NCBI GenBank assembly: GCA_963708135.1 | Contig: OY970192.1 | Span: 5,120,001-5,184,000 of the forward strand | DNA: 64,000 nt | Reading direction: 5' to 3' | Source: an uncultured Gemmatimonadales bacterium | GTDB taxonomy: Bacteria > Gemmatimonadota > Gemmatimonadetes > Longimicrobiales > RSA9 | In this document: positions 41,101 through 50,280 of the stretch, piece by piece | Layout: each line of letters starts with the position of its first letter | Numbering within the stretch: the stretch's first letter is position 1 | Program-made: the position numbers and the translations under genes | The notes under the pieces: generated by a model | What the model was told of the DNA's origin: nothing | Databases searched by the model: none | The model's input: only the letters and a program-made list of their open reading frames with translations

Positions 41101-42603
41101 TCATGGCGTCCGCTGGCCCTCGATGTCCCGGCCGTTCTGGTGCAGCACGAGCGAGGTCACGGCGCCGCTCGCATCGCGGCGGAACTCGAGGGTGGCATCC
41201 ACGACCTTGTAGAAGAAGCGGTCGCCGCCCTCGGCGAAGATGGGGAGCGCGCCCTGGCCGGTGATCTGCGCGCTCAGGCGGTCGTCGGCGCGGGCGATGG
41301 TGAGGGCCACGCCGGGCGCCAGCTGGTAGCGGCCGACGTAGGCGTCGAGCTGGGTGGGCGTGAGTTGCACGACGGTGTGGCGCGCCGGCGGCGGCGGCGG
41401 CACGAGGGGGATCGTCGCGTCGAGCAGGTGCAGCCCGATGTCGTCGGCGCCGGTGGCACTGTTCGAGAGCATGATCACCCCGACCCGGCGGCCGGGCTGG
41501 TAGCCGACGAAGGCGTGGTAGCCTCCGGTCTCGCCGTTGTGCCAGACGACACGCACTCCGTCGTCGCCGTCGCGGACCATCCAGACGAGGCCGATGCGCG
41601 TGGCCGGCACCGGGGTCGGGCGCCGGGGCAGGCGCGCCATGGCGAGATCGCGCGCGACGGGCGCCATGGTGTCGGCCGCCAGTGCGGCCTCGAGGTAGCG
41701 AAGCATGTCGTGGGCGGTCGAGCGCAGGCCGCCCGCGGCGGCCAGGGTCGCCATGTCCCAGTTGGCGACGGTGTCGCCCGCGGCGTTGTGGCCGGGCGCG
41801 AGGCGGGCGCGCTCACCGGAGGTCAGCGTGATGCGCGTGTCCTTCATGCCGAGCGGCCCCGCGATGCGCGCCCGCACGAGCGCCTCGTAGCTCGTGTCCG
41901 CACGGCGCGCCAGGGCCAGCCCGAGGAGCCCCACGCCGAGGTTGGAGTACTCGTACTGCGCGCCGGGGTCGCGCGGCAGCGTGTACCCGTCCAGGAAGCG
42001 GTAGAGGTCGGCCACCGTGTAGCCCCCGTACGGATCCTCGACGTCGGCCGGCCGCAAGTTGGTCGGCAGCCGCGGCAGCCCCGACGACTGGGTGGCCAGG
42101 TCGAGCAGCGTGATGGCCCTGCCGTCCTTCTGCGGCACCCGCACGCTATCCGGCAGCAGCGCCGCCACCGGCTGGTCCAGCCGCACCTCCCCGCGCCGCA
42201 CCATGTCCGCCAGCAGCGTCGCGGTGAACGTCTTGGTCACGGAGCCGATCTCGAAGACGGTGCCCGCGTCGGGCGCGGGCGTGCCGGGGCCGTCCAGCGT
42301 GCCGGCGGAGAGGAAGCGGGCGCCGTTCGCGTCCACCACGCCCGCCACGATGCCGGCGCCGGACAGGAGCTTCACGCGCGCGTCGAGCAGCCGCTGGATC
42401 ACGGAGTCCGGCGGCAGTGCCGACGGGCCCGCGGGCGGCGCGGCGCGGGTCGCGCCCGCCGGTGCGTGGGCGGCCGCCGTGCTGCCGTCCTCCGCCGGCC
42501 GCGTCTGCTGTGCCGCGAGGCGCGCCGCGCCGGCGGCGGTGAGGGCGAGGAGCGCGGCGGTCGCGGCCGTCGTCGCCTGGCGAATGAGAGTCGTGGTCGG
42601 CAT
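41101..42603 (-). CDS. Serine hydrolase with C-terminal DUF3471-like domain
   Basis: FEIGSVTKTF, YEYSN, WHNGETGG and LDAYVGRY. Confidence 0.88.
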   Translation of the reverse strand: MPTTTLIRQATTAATAALLALTAAGAARLAAQQTRPAEDGSTAAAHAPAGATRAAPPAGPSALPPDSVIQRLLDARVKLLSGAGIVAGVVDANGARFLSAGTLDGPGTPAPDAGTVFEIGSVTKTFTATLLADMVRRGEVRLDQPVAALLPDSVRVPQKDGRAITLLDLATQSSGLPRLPTNLRPADVEDPYGGYTVADLYRFLDGYTLPRDPGAQYEYSNLGVGLLGLALARRADTSYEALVRARIAGPLGMKDTRITLTSGERARLAPGHNAAGDTVANWDMATLAAAGGLRSTAHDMLRYLEAALAADTMAPVARDLAMARLPRRPTPVPATRIGLVWMVRDGDDGVRVVWHNGETGGYHAFVGYQPGRRVGVIMLSNSATGADDIGLHLLDATIPLVPPPPPARHTVVQLTPTQLDAYVGRYQLAPGVALTIARADDRLSAQITGQGALPIFAEGGDRFFYKVVDATLEFRRDASGAVTSLVLHQNGRDIEGQRTP

Positions 42604-42639
42604 CGTTGGCTCCGTTTCATGCGGCGGCGCGCGGCCGCG

Positions 42640-43221
42640 TCAGTCTTCAAGGTCGGCGATCATGCGGTCGAGCTCGGCCTCGCGCGGCCTCAGCTCGCGG
42701 GCGACGACCGCATGGTTGAGCGCGTAGATCCCGGCCGAGAGCAGGGCCACGACGACCGCATAGCCGAGGGTGGCCCACGAGCGGCCGGCCAGCCCCGCGA
42801 CAACCAGCACGCAGCCCACGGCGAGCGGCGCGATGTACCAGAAGAGCACCGTCTCGAGGAGGCGGGCCTGCGCGTGAACCCGTCGCCGCTCCGCCCGAAG
42901 CGCCTCCGCCAGCGCGCAATCCGGGCCCGGGGCGGCGAGCCGGCGGGCGCGGGTCAGCATCCCGGCGATCAGGGCGCTGCCCGCGATCACCAGCAGCACC
43001 CCGACCCGGGCGAGCCACGGCCCGACGACCAGCACGGGCGAGAGAAGCACGATGGCGACGCCGGCGGCCGCCATCTCGCGCCAGTCCCGGCGGCGAATGG
43101 TCCGCTCGAACGCCGCCGAGCGGTCCAGCACCAGCGCGAGCAGCTCCGCGTCCGACATGCGCCGCCCCTCGGGCTCGCGGCCCCCCGCGGCCCATGCGGC
43201 CCGACTCTCTCCCAGCGTCAT
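42640..43221 (-). CDS. Membrane protein, putative anti-sigma partner
   Basis: Four hydrophobic segments. It overlaps the ECF sigma stop. Confidence 0.6.
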   Translation of the reverse strand: MTLGESRAAWAAGGREPEGRRMSDAELLALVLDRSAAFERTIRRRDWREMAAAGVAIVLLSPVLVVGPWLARVGVLLVIAGSALIAGMLTRARRLAAPGPDCALAEALRAERRRVHAQARLLETVLFWYIAPLAVGCVLVVAGLAGRSWATLGYAVVVALLSAGIYALNHAVVARELRPREAELDRMIADLED

Positions 43222-43754
43222 GCGTCCTCCTCGGCCAGCCAGCCGCCCATGCGGCGGCGGATCCGGTGCAGCTTCACGCCCACGTTGCTCTCGCTGATCC
43301 CCAGCACCTCGGCCATCTCGCGGTAGCTGCGCTCGTCCAGGTACAGCATCACGAGCGCCCGGTCCGCCGGGCTGAGCCGGGCAATGGCGGCGTAGAGGCG
43401 CTCCAGCCGCTCGGCCGCCTCGAGTCGCTCGTCCGGCCGCGGCCCTCCGTCCGCTACCGCCCCGTGCGGCGGCGGCTCCCCCGACGGCGGCCCGGGGCGG
43501 GCGCCGCGCCGGCGCGCGTGCGTCAGCCCCGTGTTCAACGCGACGCGGTACAGCCAGGTGCCCGGCGAGGCACGCCCGTCGAAGGAGTCCAGCGAGCGCC
43601 AGAGCTGCACCAGGATGTCCTGGTACAGGTCCTCCTCCGTGCCGGAGCTCCGGCCATAGACGCGGCAGATCCTGCGCAGCCGCGCGTCGTTCTCGCGGAT
43701 CAGCGCCAGGAAACGGGCCTGCCGGGTCGGGTCGGGCGTCGTGTCGCTCATCAA
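43218..43754 (-). CDS. ECF sigma-70 factor
   Basis: EDLYQDILVQLWRS, TWLYRVALN and SYREMAEVLGISESNVGVKLHR. Confidence 0.92.
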   Translation of the reverse strand: MMSDTTPDPTRQARFLALIRENDARLRRICRVYGRSSGTEEDLYQDILVQLWRSLDSFDGRASPGTWLYRVALNTGLTHARRRGARPGPPSGEPPPHGAVADGGPRPDERLEAAERLERLYAAIARLSPADRALVMLYLDERSYREMAEVLGISESNVGVKLHRIRRRMGGWLAEEDA

Positions 43755-43906
43755 TGGGTTCGTTGCGCGAGGCGGGGGATCCTTACAGTCGGCGAGCGGG
43801 TGAGCGGGCGAGCGGGTGAAGGGGGCGACTCCGGGTTGCCTTCGTTTTCGCCCTCCGGGGCCAGGCCTCGCGCCCGTGCCGGCGCCGCGCGGGGCGCGAG
43901 GACCCG

Positions 43907-44416
43907 CTACGCTTCCCGCTTGCGGCCGAAAACGTTCCGCAGCAGCAGGCCGGCCAGCATGGCGTAGACGAGCACGGCGATGCCGATGAGCAGGTAGGGC
44001 ATGACGCTGTGATGGCGCAGCAGGAAGGCACGCTCGGCGGCGGCGGGGTCCACCCAGGCCGTCACGCTGGCGCCAGGCTTGTAGCCGGCGAGCACGGCCT
44101 CGGCCCAGCTGCGCGTGCCGGCCTCGTCCGTCGGCGTCACGCGCGAGCCGGTGTAGCGCGTCCCGGCGACGTCGTAGCCGAACACCACCCGTGGCACGTA
44201 CCGCTCCGCGGCCCCCGCGGCCCCCGCGGCCCCCGCGGCCCCTCGCGGCACGAGCGCGGTGGCCAGAACGCGGGCGGCGACGGGCTGGAACGTCGCATAC
44301 CGGTGCTCGGACGCGAGCACGCGCCGGCCGGCGGAGATCATGAGCGCCGGAAGCACGAGGAACGGGATCGTCATCGCGACGGCAATGGCGCGGCGAAGTG
44401 GTCCTCGGGAGGGCAT
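43907..44416 (-). CDS. DUF3592-like membrane protein
   Basis: Terminal TM helices, with YVPRVVFGYDVAGTRY and PGASVTAWVDP. Confidence 0.7.
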   Translation of the reverse strand: MPSRGPLRRAIAVAMTIPFLVLPALMISAGRRVLASEHRYATFQPVAARVLATALVPRGAAGAAGAAGAAERYVPRVVFGYDVAGTRYTGSRVTPTDEAGTRSWAEAVLAGYKPGASVTAWVDPAAAERAFLLRHHSVMPYLLIGIAVLVYAMLAGLLLRNVFGRKREA

Positions 44417-44569
44417 CGGGTCAGGAGTCTTCCGTTGATCGTGAGTGGGAGCGTGGGAGATGTGGGAGACCCCGGGCCGGTCCCCCGCGCCCGTTTCGTT
44501 CCCGGCCTCGCGCCCCGCCTGCCGCCGCGCCGGGGTCACCGGCGTCGGGACGGTGCCCGGTGCGCCCGG

Positions 44570-44665
44570 TGCCCGGCGCGTCCGGCGCGTCCGGCGCGTC
44601 CGGATCGGCCGCTGCGTCCGGTGCGTCCGGTGCGTCCGGTGCGTCCGGTGCGTCCGGTGCGTCCG
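44570..44665. repeat. 9-bp tandem repeat (GTGCGTCCG / GCGCGTCCG)
   Basis: Directly visible in the sequence. Confidence 0.85.
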
Positions 44666-44774
44666 GATCGGCCCTGAATCGTCGCCGCGCCCGGCGGCGC
44701 AACGGGTGCCGCGCGGCCGGCCGCATCCCCCACTCCCCCACTCTCCCACTCGGGGCCCGCGGGGTGAGGAGAGG

Positions 44775-45227
44775 CTACAGCGCCGCCAGCACCTGCTCGG
44801 CGTGCTCCTGCGGCTTGACCTTCGGGAACACCTTCGCGATGCGGCCGTCCTCGTCGATCACGAAGGTCGTGCGCTCGTTGCCCCGGTACTTCTTGCCGAA
44901 CATCGACTTCTGCTTCCACACGCCGTACGCCTCCGCGACATGATGGTCGGTGTCGGCGAGGAGCGTGAAGGGGAGATCGAACTTGTCGCGGAACTTCGTG
45001 TGCGACTTCGGCGCGTCCGGGCTCACGCCCAGCACCACCGCCCCCTTCTGCTCGAACTCGCGGAAATGATTGCGGATGCCGCACGCCTGGATCGTGCACC
45101 CCGGCGTGTTGTCCTTCGGATAGAAGTAGAGCACCACCTTCTTCCCGCGCAGATCCGCGAGCTTCACCATGTTGCCGTCCTGGTCCGGCAGCGCGAAATC
45201 CGGCGCCTTCTCGTTCTCCTCGAGCAT
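44775..45227 (-). CDS. bcp: Peroxiredoxin Bcp
   Basis: VLYFYPKDNTPGCTIQAC and ERTTFVID. Confidence 0.93.
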   Translation of the reverse strand: MLEENEKAPDFALPDQDGNMVKLADLRGKKVVLYFYPKDNTPGCTIQACGIRNHFREFEQKGAVVLGVSPDAPKSHTKFRDKFDLPFTLLADTDHHVAEAYGVWKQKSMFGKKYRGNERTTFVIDEDGRIAKVFPKVKPQEHAEQVLAAL

Positions 45228-45292
45228 TCTCTCTCCTCCGTTGCGGGGGGCCGAAATCTGAATGTAGGCGCCTCGCTCCGAGGGGCAACGGG

Positions 45293-45492
45293 CCGTCCGG
45301 CTTCTGGGAACGGGCGTCCGGCTTCGAGGGAACGGGGTGTCCGGCTTCGACGGAACGGGGGATCCGGCTCCGAGGGAACGGGGTGTCCGGCTTCGACGGA
45401 ACGGGGGATCCGGCTCGGATGGAACGGGGGATCCGGCTTCGACGGAACGGGGGATCCGGCTCGGATGGAACGGGGGATCCGTCCGGCGGAAC
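45293..45492. repeat. ~22-23-bp tandem repeat TCCGGCTTCGACGGAACGGGGGA, about 9 units
   Basis: Directly visible upstream of bcp. Confidence 0.85.
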
Positions 45493-45549
45493 GCGCGATC
45501 CAGCTGCAATGAAAGGGGGAATCCCCCCGACGCGAGCGCACCTGCCCCG

Positions 45550-46080
45550 GCCGGGAAGAGCCGGATTCGGATTCGGATTCCGCTGCGCTGGATTCGGATC
45601 CCGCTGCGCTGGATTCGGCTTCGTTGAACGGGGGCGGGAGTAACGGAGCGTGGTGGCCTGTCCGGCGTCGCTCAACCCGAGTGAGCGGCTTTCTGCCGGA
45701 GCCGCGAGCACCAGTATCGTGGGCGGCGCGGTGCGGGAAGGCGATTCGTGATCGGGTGCCGCGGTGAACTCCCCACCCGTCCCCCGGCGCGGAGACGGTT
45801 GGGGAGTTGACCGCGCTATTCGTTGTCAACTCCCCAAGGGCCACAGGTGCACGGGAACGATTGGGGACTTTGCCGCGCTATTCGCAGTCAAGTCCCCAAA
45901 CCTCGATTCCACGACCAATGCGTGGGGACTTTCCTGCCCTCGCGCCTCCCCTCGCCGGACCGACGCATTGGCGCGGACGGCGCGCGGCCGAGGACGCCCG
46001 CGTCCGCCTTCCGCCGTTCAACGAATCCGCAACCAGGGGGGCAGCGGCGGAATCCGAATCTGGCGGTTCCCGGCACTGGC
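45550..46080 (+). repeat. Element B copy 1: MITE/REPIN-like, with imperfect terminal IRs and internal 37-bp palindromes
   Basis: 45550-45631 is inversely related to 46014-46074. Palindromes lie at 45800-45836 and 45862-45898. Confidence 0.75.
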
Positions 46081-46314
46081 CCGGGCGCCCGGGCGATGCC
46101 GCCAGGGCAACCGGGGGCTGCGGGGCGGCGCTGGCGCGCCTACCTTCGTCGCGGGCCGGAGCCGGAGCCGGAGCCGGAGCCGGGCCGGGGCCGGAGCCGG
46201 GGCCGGGGCCGGAGCCGGGCCCCCGCCCAGGCCCCGGGCCGGGGCCGCAGCGCCGCGGCGACGTGCGCAACGGGAGGGAGCCGTGCCCGAGAGGGCACTT
46301 TCCTGGATCCGAGG

Positions 46315-46989
46315 ATGCCGGAAGCGATCGAGCTTTTTCGCGAGCGGTTTCAAGAGGCACGTGCCGAGCTGTTTTGCCGATTGCTCGCCCCGAGGCCTGG
46401 GCTGCGCATCCTCGACCTCGGTGGCAACCGGGGCCAGCTGTCGCGACGCATCATGGAGCGAGTCTCCGTTGATGTGACGGTCGCGGACATTCTCGACCTC
46501 GCTGACGTGTTCGTCGAAGGTGGGATCGAGTTCGTTCTGCTGTCACCGGAAGCCCACCTGCCGTTCGAGGCGGCCGAATTCGACATTGTGCTCTGCAACT
46601 CCGTCATCGAGCACGTAACGCTGCCCAAGCCAGCATGCAGGCGCCGCGACATCTCGAATCGCGACTGGCTGAGCCGCGCCCGCGCCGCGCAGCGCGCGTT
46701 TGCCGCGGAGATCCGCCGGGTCGGACGCGGTTACTTCGTCCAGACGCCCCATGTGTCGTTTCCGCTCGACTTGCATCTCGGCCTGCCATTCAGCCACTGG
46801 CTCCCACACCGCGCCGGCCTCGAGCTCACGCGTGTGACCGATCGGTTCTGGATCCGCAAGTCCGGCGACTTCGACTGGCAGCTGGTCCCGCCCCGGCTGA
46901 TGCGAGAATTCTTTCCCGAGGCGAGCCTGCACGTCGAGCGGTGGCTCGGCTTGCCGAAATCACTCGTGGCCTACAAGCGAGCTCGGTAG
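46315..46989 (+). CDS. Class I SAM-dependent methyltransferase
   Basis: ILDLGG, LPFEAAEFDIVLCNSVIEHV and YFVQTP. Confidence 0.8.
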   Translation: MPEAIELFRERFQEARAELFCRLLAPRPGLRILDLGGNRGQLSRRIMERVSVDVTVADILDLADVFVEGGIEFVLLSPEAHLPFEAAEFDIVLCNSVIEHVTLPKPACRRRDISNRDWLSRARAAQRAFAAEIRRVGRGYFVQTPHVSFPLDLHLGLPFSHWLPHRAGLELTRVTDRFWIRKSGDFDWQLVPPRLMREFFPEASLHVERWLGLPKSLVAYKRAR

Positions 46990-47086
46990 CTGCAGCCCGC
47001 GCGGAACTTCGTCGCGCGACTCGCGGGCTCGGCCGCCAGGCTATCCGCGGCACGCAGGCAGGCAACGCGCGAGGAGATCGGCGGGC

Positions 47087-47250
47087 ATCTCGGCCCGGCG
47101 AGCACCTTGGCCCGGCGAGCATCTCGGCCCCGGCGAGCATCTCGGCCCCAGCGAGCACCTCTGGCCCGGCGAGCACCTCGGCCCCGGCGAGCAGCTCGGC
47201 CCGGCGGGCATCTCGGCGAGCACCTCGGCCCCGACCTCGGCCCGGCGAGC
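47087..47250. repeat. ~17-18-bp degenerate tandem repeat CGGCGAGCACCTCGGCCC
   Basis: Directly visible in the sequence. Confidence 0.8.
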
Positions 47251-47341
47251 GTCGAGGCTGCGAGCGCGCGACGCGGCGCCTAACTTGTTCGGGCGCCGTG
47301 CGGGGCGACGCGGCGCGCGTACCTGCGAACGGAGGACCGAC

Positions 47342-47956
47342 GTGCCGGACAGAGCACTCCTCATCGTGGACGTGCAGAACGACTTCTGCCCCGGCGGCGC
47401 GCTGGGGGTGCGCGCTGGCGACGAGATCGTGCCGGTGCTGAACCGGTACGCGGAGCGCTTCCACGACGCGGAGCTGCCCGTGATCGCGTCGCGGGACTGG
47501 CACCCCGCGCGAACGACGCACTTCAAGGCGTGGGGCGGCCCGTGGCCGCCGCACTGCGTGGCCGGCACGCCGGGCGCCGCCTTCCATCCCGACCTGCGCC
47601 TGCCGGAGCACACGATCGTCGTCTCGAAGGGGACGGACCCGGAGGCGCACGGCTACTCGGCGTTCGACGCGAGGACGCCCGGGGGCGAGGGCGTCGCCGC
47701 GCTGCTCGATGGCTTGGGGGTCCGCACCATCTACATGGGCGGGCTGGCCACGGACTACTGCGTGCTGAATACGGTTCTGGACGCGCGCCGCCACGGCCTC
47801 GACGCGGTGATACTGCTGGACGCGGTGCGGGGGATCGATGTCGAGAAGGGCGACGTCGCGCGCGCGCTCGACCGCATGCTGCGCGCGGGCGCCCGTACCG
47901 CCACGCTCGAAACGATCGGCGAGGAGCTCGGCCCGGGCGCGGAGGTCGGAGGCTAG
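47342..47956 (+). CDS. pncA: Nicotinamidase/pyrazinamidase
   Basis: VDVQNDFCPGG, DWHP, WPPHCV, KG..YSAF and GLATDYCV. Confidence 0.92.
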   Translation: MPDRALLIVDVQNDFCPGGALGVRAGDEIVPVLNRYAERFHDAELPVIASRDWHPARTTHFKAWGGPWPPHCVAGTPGAAFHPDLRLPEHTIVVSKGTDPEAHGYSAFDARTPGGEGVAALLDGLGVRTIYMGGLATDYCVLNTVLDARRHGLDAVILLDAVRGIDVEKGDVARALDRMLRAGARTATLETIGEELGPGAEVGG

Positions 47957-48024
47957 GCCAGGAGGGGGACGCGCACTCCATCGGAGCAGGTTGCGCCGCT
48001 TGAATGCGCCTTCTCTCGCGACAG

Positions 48025-48732
48025 CTAGCGGCGCTTCGCCGGCCTGAGGCCGAGCACGCCGTTCAGCCAGCGGACCAGCGGCAGCATGGCGGCGAAATCG
48101 GCCTCGAGGGTGGCGGGCAGGTCGTCGCCTATGGCTTCGGCGGCATCCAGCTCCCGGCCGAGGATGAAGGAGCGGTGGCGCAGCCAGTGGGCGGCCGGAT
48201 GGTCGGGGTCGAAGCCGCGCGGGGTGCGCTTGAGCATGTCCTCGTCGCTGAGGGCGCCGAAGCGGCGCTTCACGTCCGGGGCCGTGACGATCCGCTCGAA
48301 GGCCTCCGGCTTCTCGGCGATGGCCTCGCGGAAGCGGTCGAGCGCGGGCCGCGGCGGCCTCCACATGCCGCCGCCCAGGAACGACTCGCGGGGCGAGAGG
48401 TGGAAGTAGAAGCCGGCGCCGCCGCCGACGGCCGACTGACCGACGTTGTGGGCGCCGTCGCGGTGGAAGAACCAGCACGCGACGTGGGTCTTGTAGGGCG
48501 ACTTGTCCTTCGAGAAGCGGATGTCGCGGTAGATGCGGAAGGGCGAGCGCTTCACGTCGCCGATGATCTCGGGCGCGAACCTCGCCAGGCGCGCGTCCAT
48601 CTCCTCGACGAGCTCTCGCATCGGCCGGCGGATGGAGTCCTCGTAGCGCTGGCGGTTGGCCTCGAACCAGGGCTTCTCGTTGTTGCGGGCGAGCGCCCGG
48701 AGGAAGGTCAGGGACGCGGAGGAGAAGGGCAT
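48025..48732 (-). CDS. DUF2461 family protein
   Basis: NNEKPWFEANR, FRIYRDIRFSKDKSPYKTH and LKRTPRGF. Confidence 0.9.
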   Translation of the reverse strand: MPFSSASLTFLRALARNNEKPWFEANRQRYEDSIRRPMRELVEEMDARLARFAPEIIGDVKRSPFRIYRDIRFSKDKSPYKTHVACWFFHRDGAHNVGQSAVGGGAGFYFHLSPRESFLGGGMWRPPRPALDRFREAIAEKPEAFERIVTAPDVKRRFGALSDEDMLKRTPRGFDPDHPAAHWLRHRSFILGRELDAAEAIGDDLPATLEADFAAMLPLVRWLNGVLGLRPAKRR

Positions 48733-48770
48733 TGGCTTCCGTAGGTGGAGCGGCGGCGCCCCGCCGGTGG

Positions 48771-50048
48771 TCAGGGGCTCTCGGGCGCGCCGATCGCGCC
48801 GAGGAAGAGGATGCTGCCGCTCAGGCGCTCGCGGATGGCGACGAGGAACGGCCGGTCCACGGTGAAGCGGACGCGCTGCGGCACGCTCGTGACGCCCATG
48901 CCGACGGAGGTGGTGGCGGCGGCCTCGGTCCCCTCCTCGTCGACCTTCACCCAGGTCTTCTGCTTCACGATGCTGATGTAGAGCCCTCCGGCGGCGGACA
49001 TGCCGGTGAAGTCGGCGCGATCGGGGGAGAAGGCGGTCGCCATGCCGAGGTCCTGCAGCGGCTGGTTCAGGACGGCCTCGTAATCCAGCCGGAGCCGCGG
49101 CATGGAGAGGTCGAGGTCGGCCGTGTGCAGGGCGCCGATCCAGCCGTCCCATCGTGTCGCGTCCAGCGCGGCCACGAGGTCGGCCAGCCGGGTCCCCTCG
49201 GGCGGCAGCACGAGGTCCATCACATAGGCGCCACGGGAGTACGGCAGCTCCACGCCGGTCGTGCCGTCGGCCGCCTGGAAGTACGACCCATCGCCGCTGC
49301 GGTGCATCATCTTCACCGTGAGGGTGGCACCGGCGTCGGTGGAGAAGGGCGCGTCGCGCGTCTCGGCCGGATCGAATCGGTCGCGCCAGGAGCCCTTGAA
49401 GTAGACGGCGTCGATCAGGAACATGACCATGGACGGGTCGATCGGGGCGTCCACGATGCCGTCGATCCTGCCGTCCGTGCTCTGCTTCACCCAGTCGTTG
49501 ATGGTGGCCGCCGCCTGCGGGCTGTTGAAGTCGAGGGCGGTGACCCGCGCGTCGAAGTAGGTCTGCACGGTGTCGAAGAAGGCGCGCTCGAACGGGAAGC
49601 CCTGGCGGGTCCAGACCGAGTTGGCCACGCGCACGTCCACGCCGTCGTCGAGGCCGGCGAGCAGGCCGAGCAGGGAGCGGTAGGCGTGGTTCGCGTCCGC
49701 GAGCGAGCCGGCGCCGAACCCGAGCGTCGCGCGCATGCCGTCCAGCGTCTCGCCGCGCGCGCCGTTCATGGCCATGCCGAGCGCCATGGAGGCGCTGAGC
49801 GGCGAGAGGAAGACGTTCGCGGCGGTATCCCCCCGCGCCGTCTCGCGCAGCAGCCCGAAGGCGAAGCCGTTGCTTCCGGTGATGACCTGCTGCTCGGCAG
49901 CCGTGAGCGCGCGCGGCAGGGAGGTGAGCGGCTCGGGCTGCGTCTCCGAGCGCGGTCCCGTGAAGAGGTCGCACGCCCCGAGTAGCGTGGCGAGCGCCAG
50001 CAGCGGAAGGCCGGCGGGAAAGCGGAGGAAGGGACGGCGGTTCTGCAT
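48771..50048 (-). CDS. Serpin (serine protease inhibitor), lipoprotein
   Basis: Lipobox LGAC, NVFLSPLS, AVYFKGSW, hinge DEEGTEAAATT and FTVDRPFL. Confidence 0.93.
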   Translation of the reverse strand: MQNRRPFLRFPAGLPLLALATLLGACDLFTGPRSETQPEPLTSLPRALTAAEQQVITGSNGFAFGLLRETARGDTAANVFLSPLSASMALGMAMNGARGETLDGMRATLGFGAGSLADANHAYRSLLGLLAGLDDGVDVRVANSVWTRQGFPFERAFFDTVQTYFDARVTALDFNSPQAAATINDWVKQSTDGRIDGIVDAPIDPSMVMFLIDAVYFKGSWRDRFDPAETRDAPFSTDAGATLTVKMMHRSGDGSYFQAADGTTGVELPYSRGAYVMDLVLPPEGTRLADLVAALDATRWDGWIGALHTADLDLSMPRLRLDYEAVLNQPLQDLGMATAFSPDRADFTGMSAAGGLYISIVKQKTWVKVDEEGTEAAATTSVGMGVTSVPQRVRFTVDRPFLVAIRERLSGSILFLGAIGAPESP

Positions 50049-50280
50049 GCGACGCCTCCGTGCACGCCCCGGCGGCGCTCGCGCGCGCCGGCTGTCGGCG
50101 CGCCGCGGCGTCCGGGGCCCGGGATCCAGACTCCGGTGTAACCCTAGCGCGCCGCGCCCCTCCGGGTCAACGGAGGGGACCGCGCGGACCGCGCGCGCCC
50201 GGAGCTGAATCCGCGGCTGCCGGCGGAACGTAGGGAAGGGAGTCCGCCGGCGCGCGGCGGGCGTCAAGCCGAGGAGTGGA

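Noticed and set aside
45764..45935. Mini CRISPR array (37-bp repeat plus ~24-bp spacer)
   Set aside because: The linkers are homologous between the two distant copies, so the unit spreads as a whole element.
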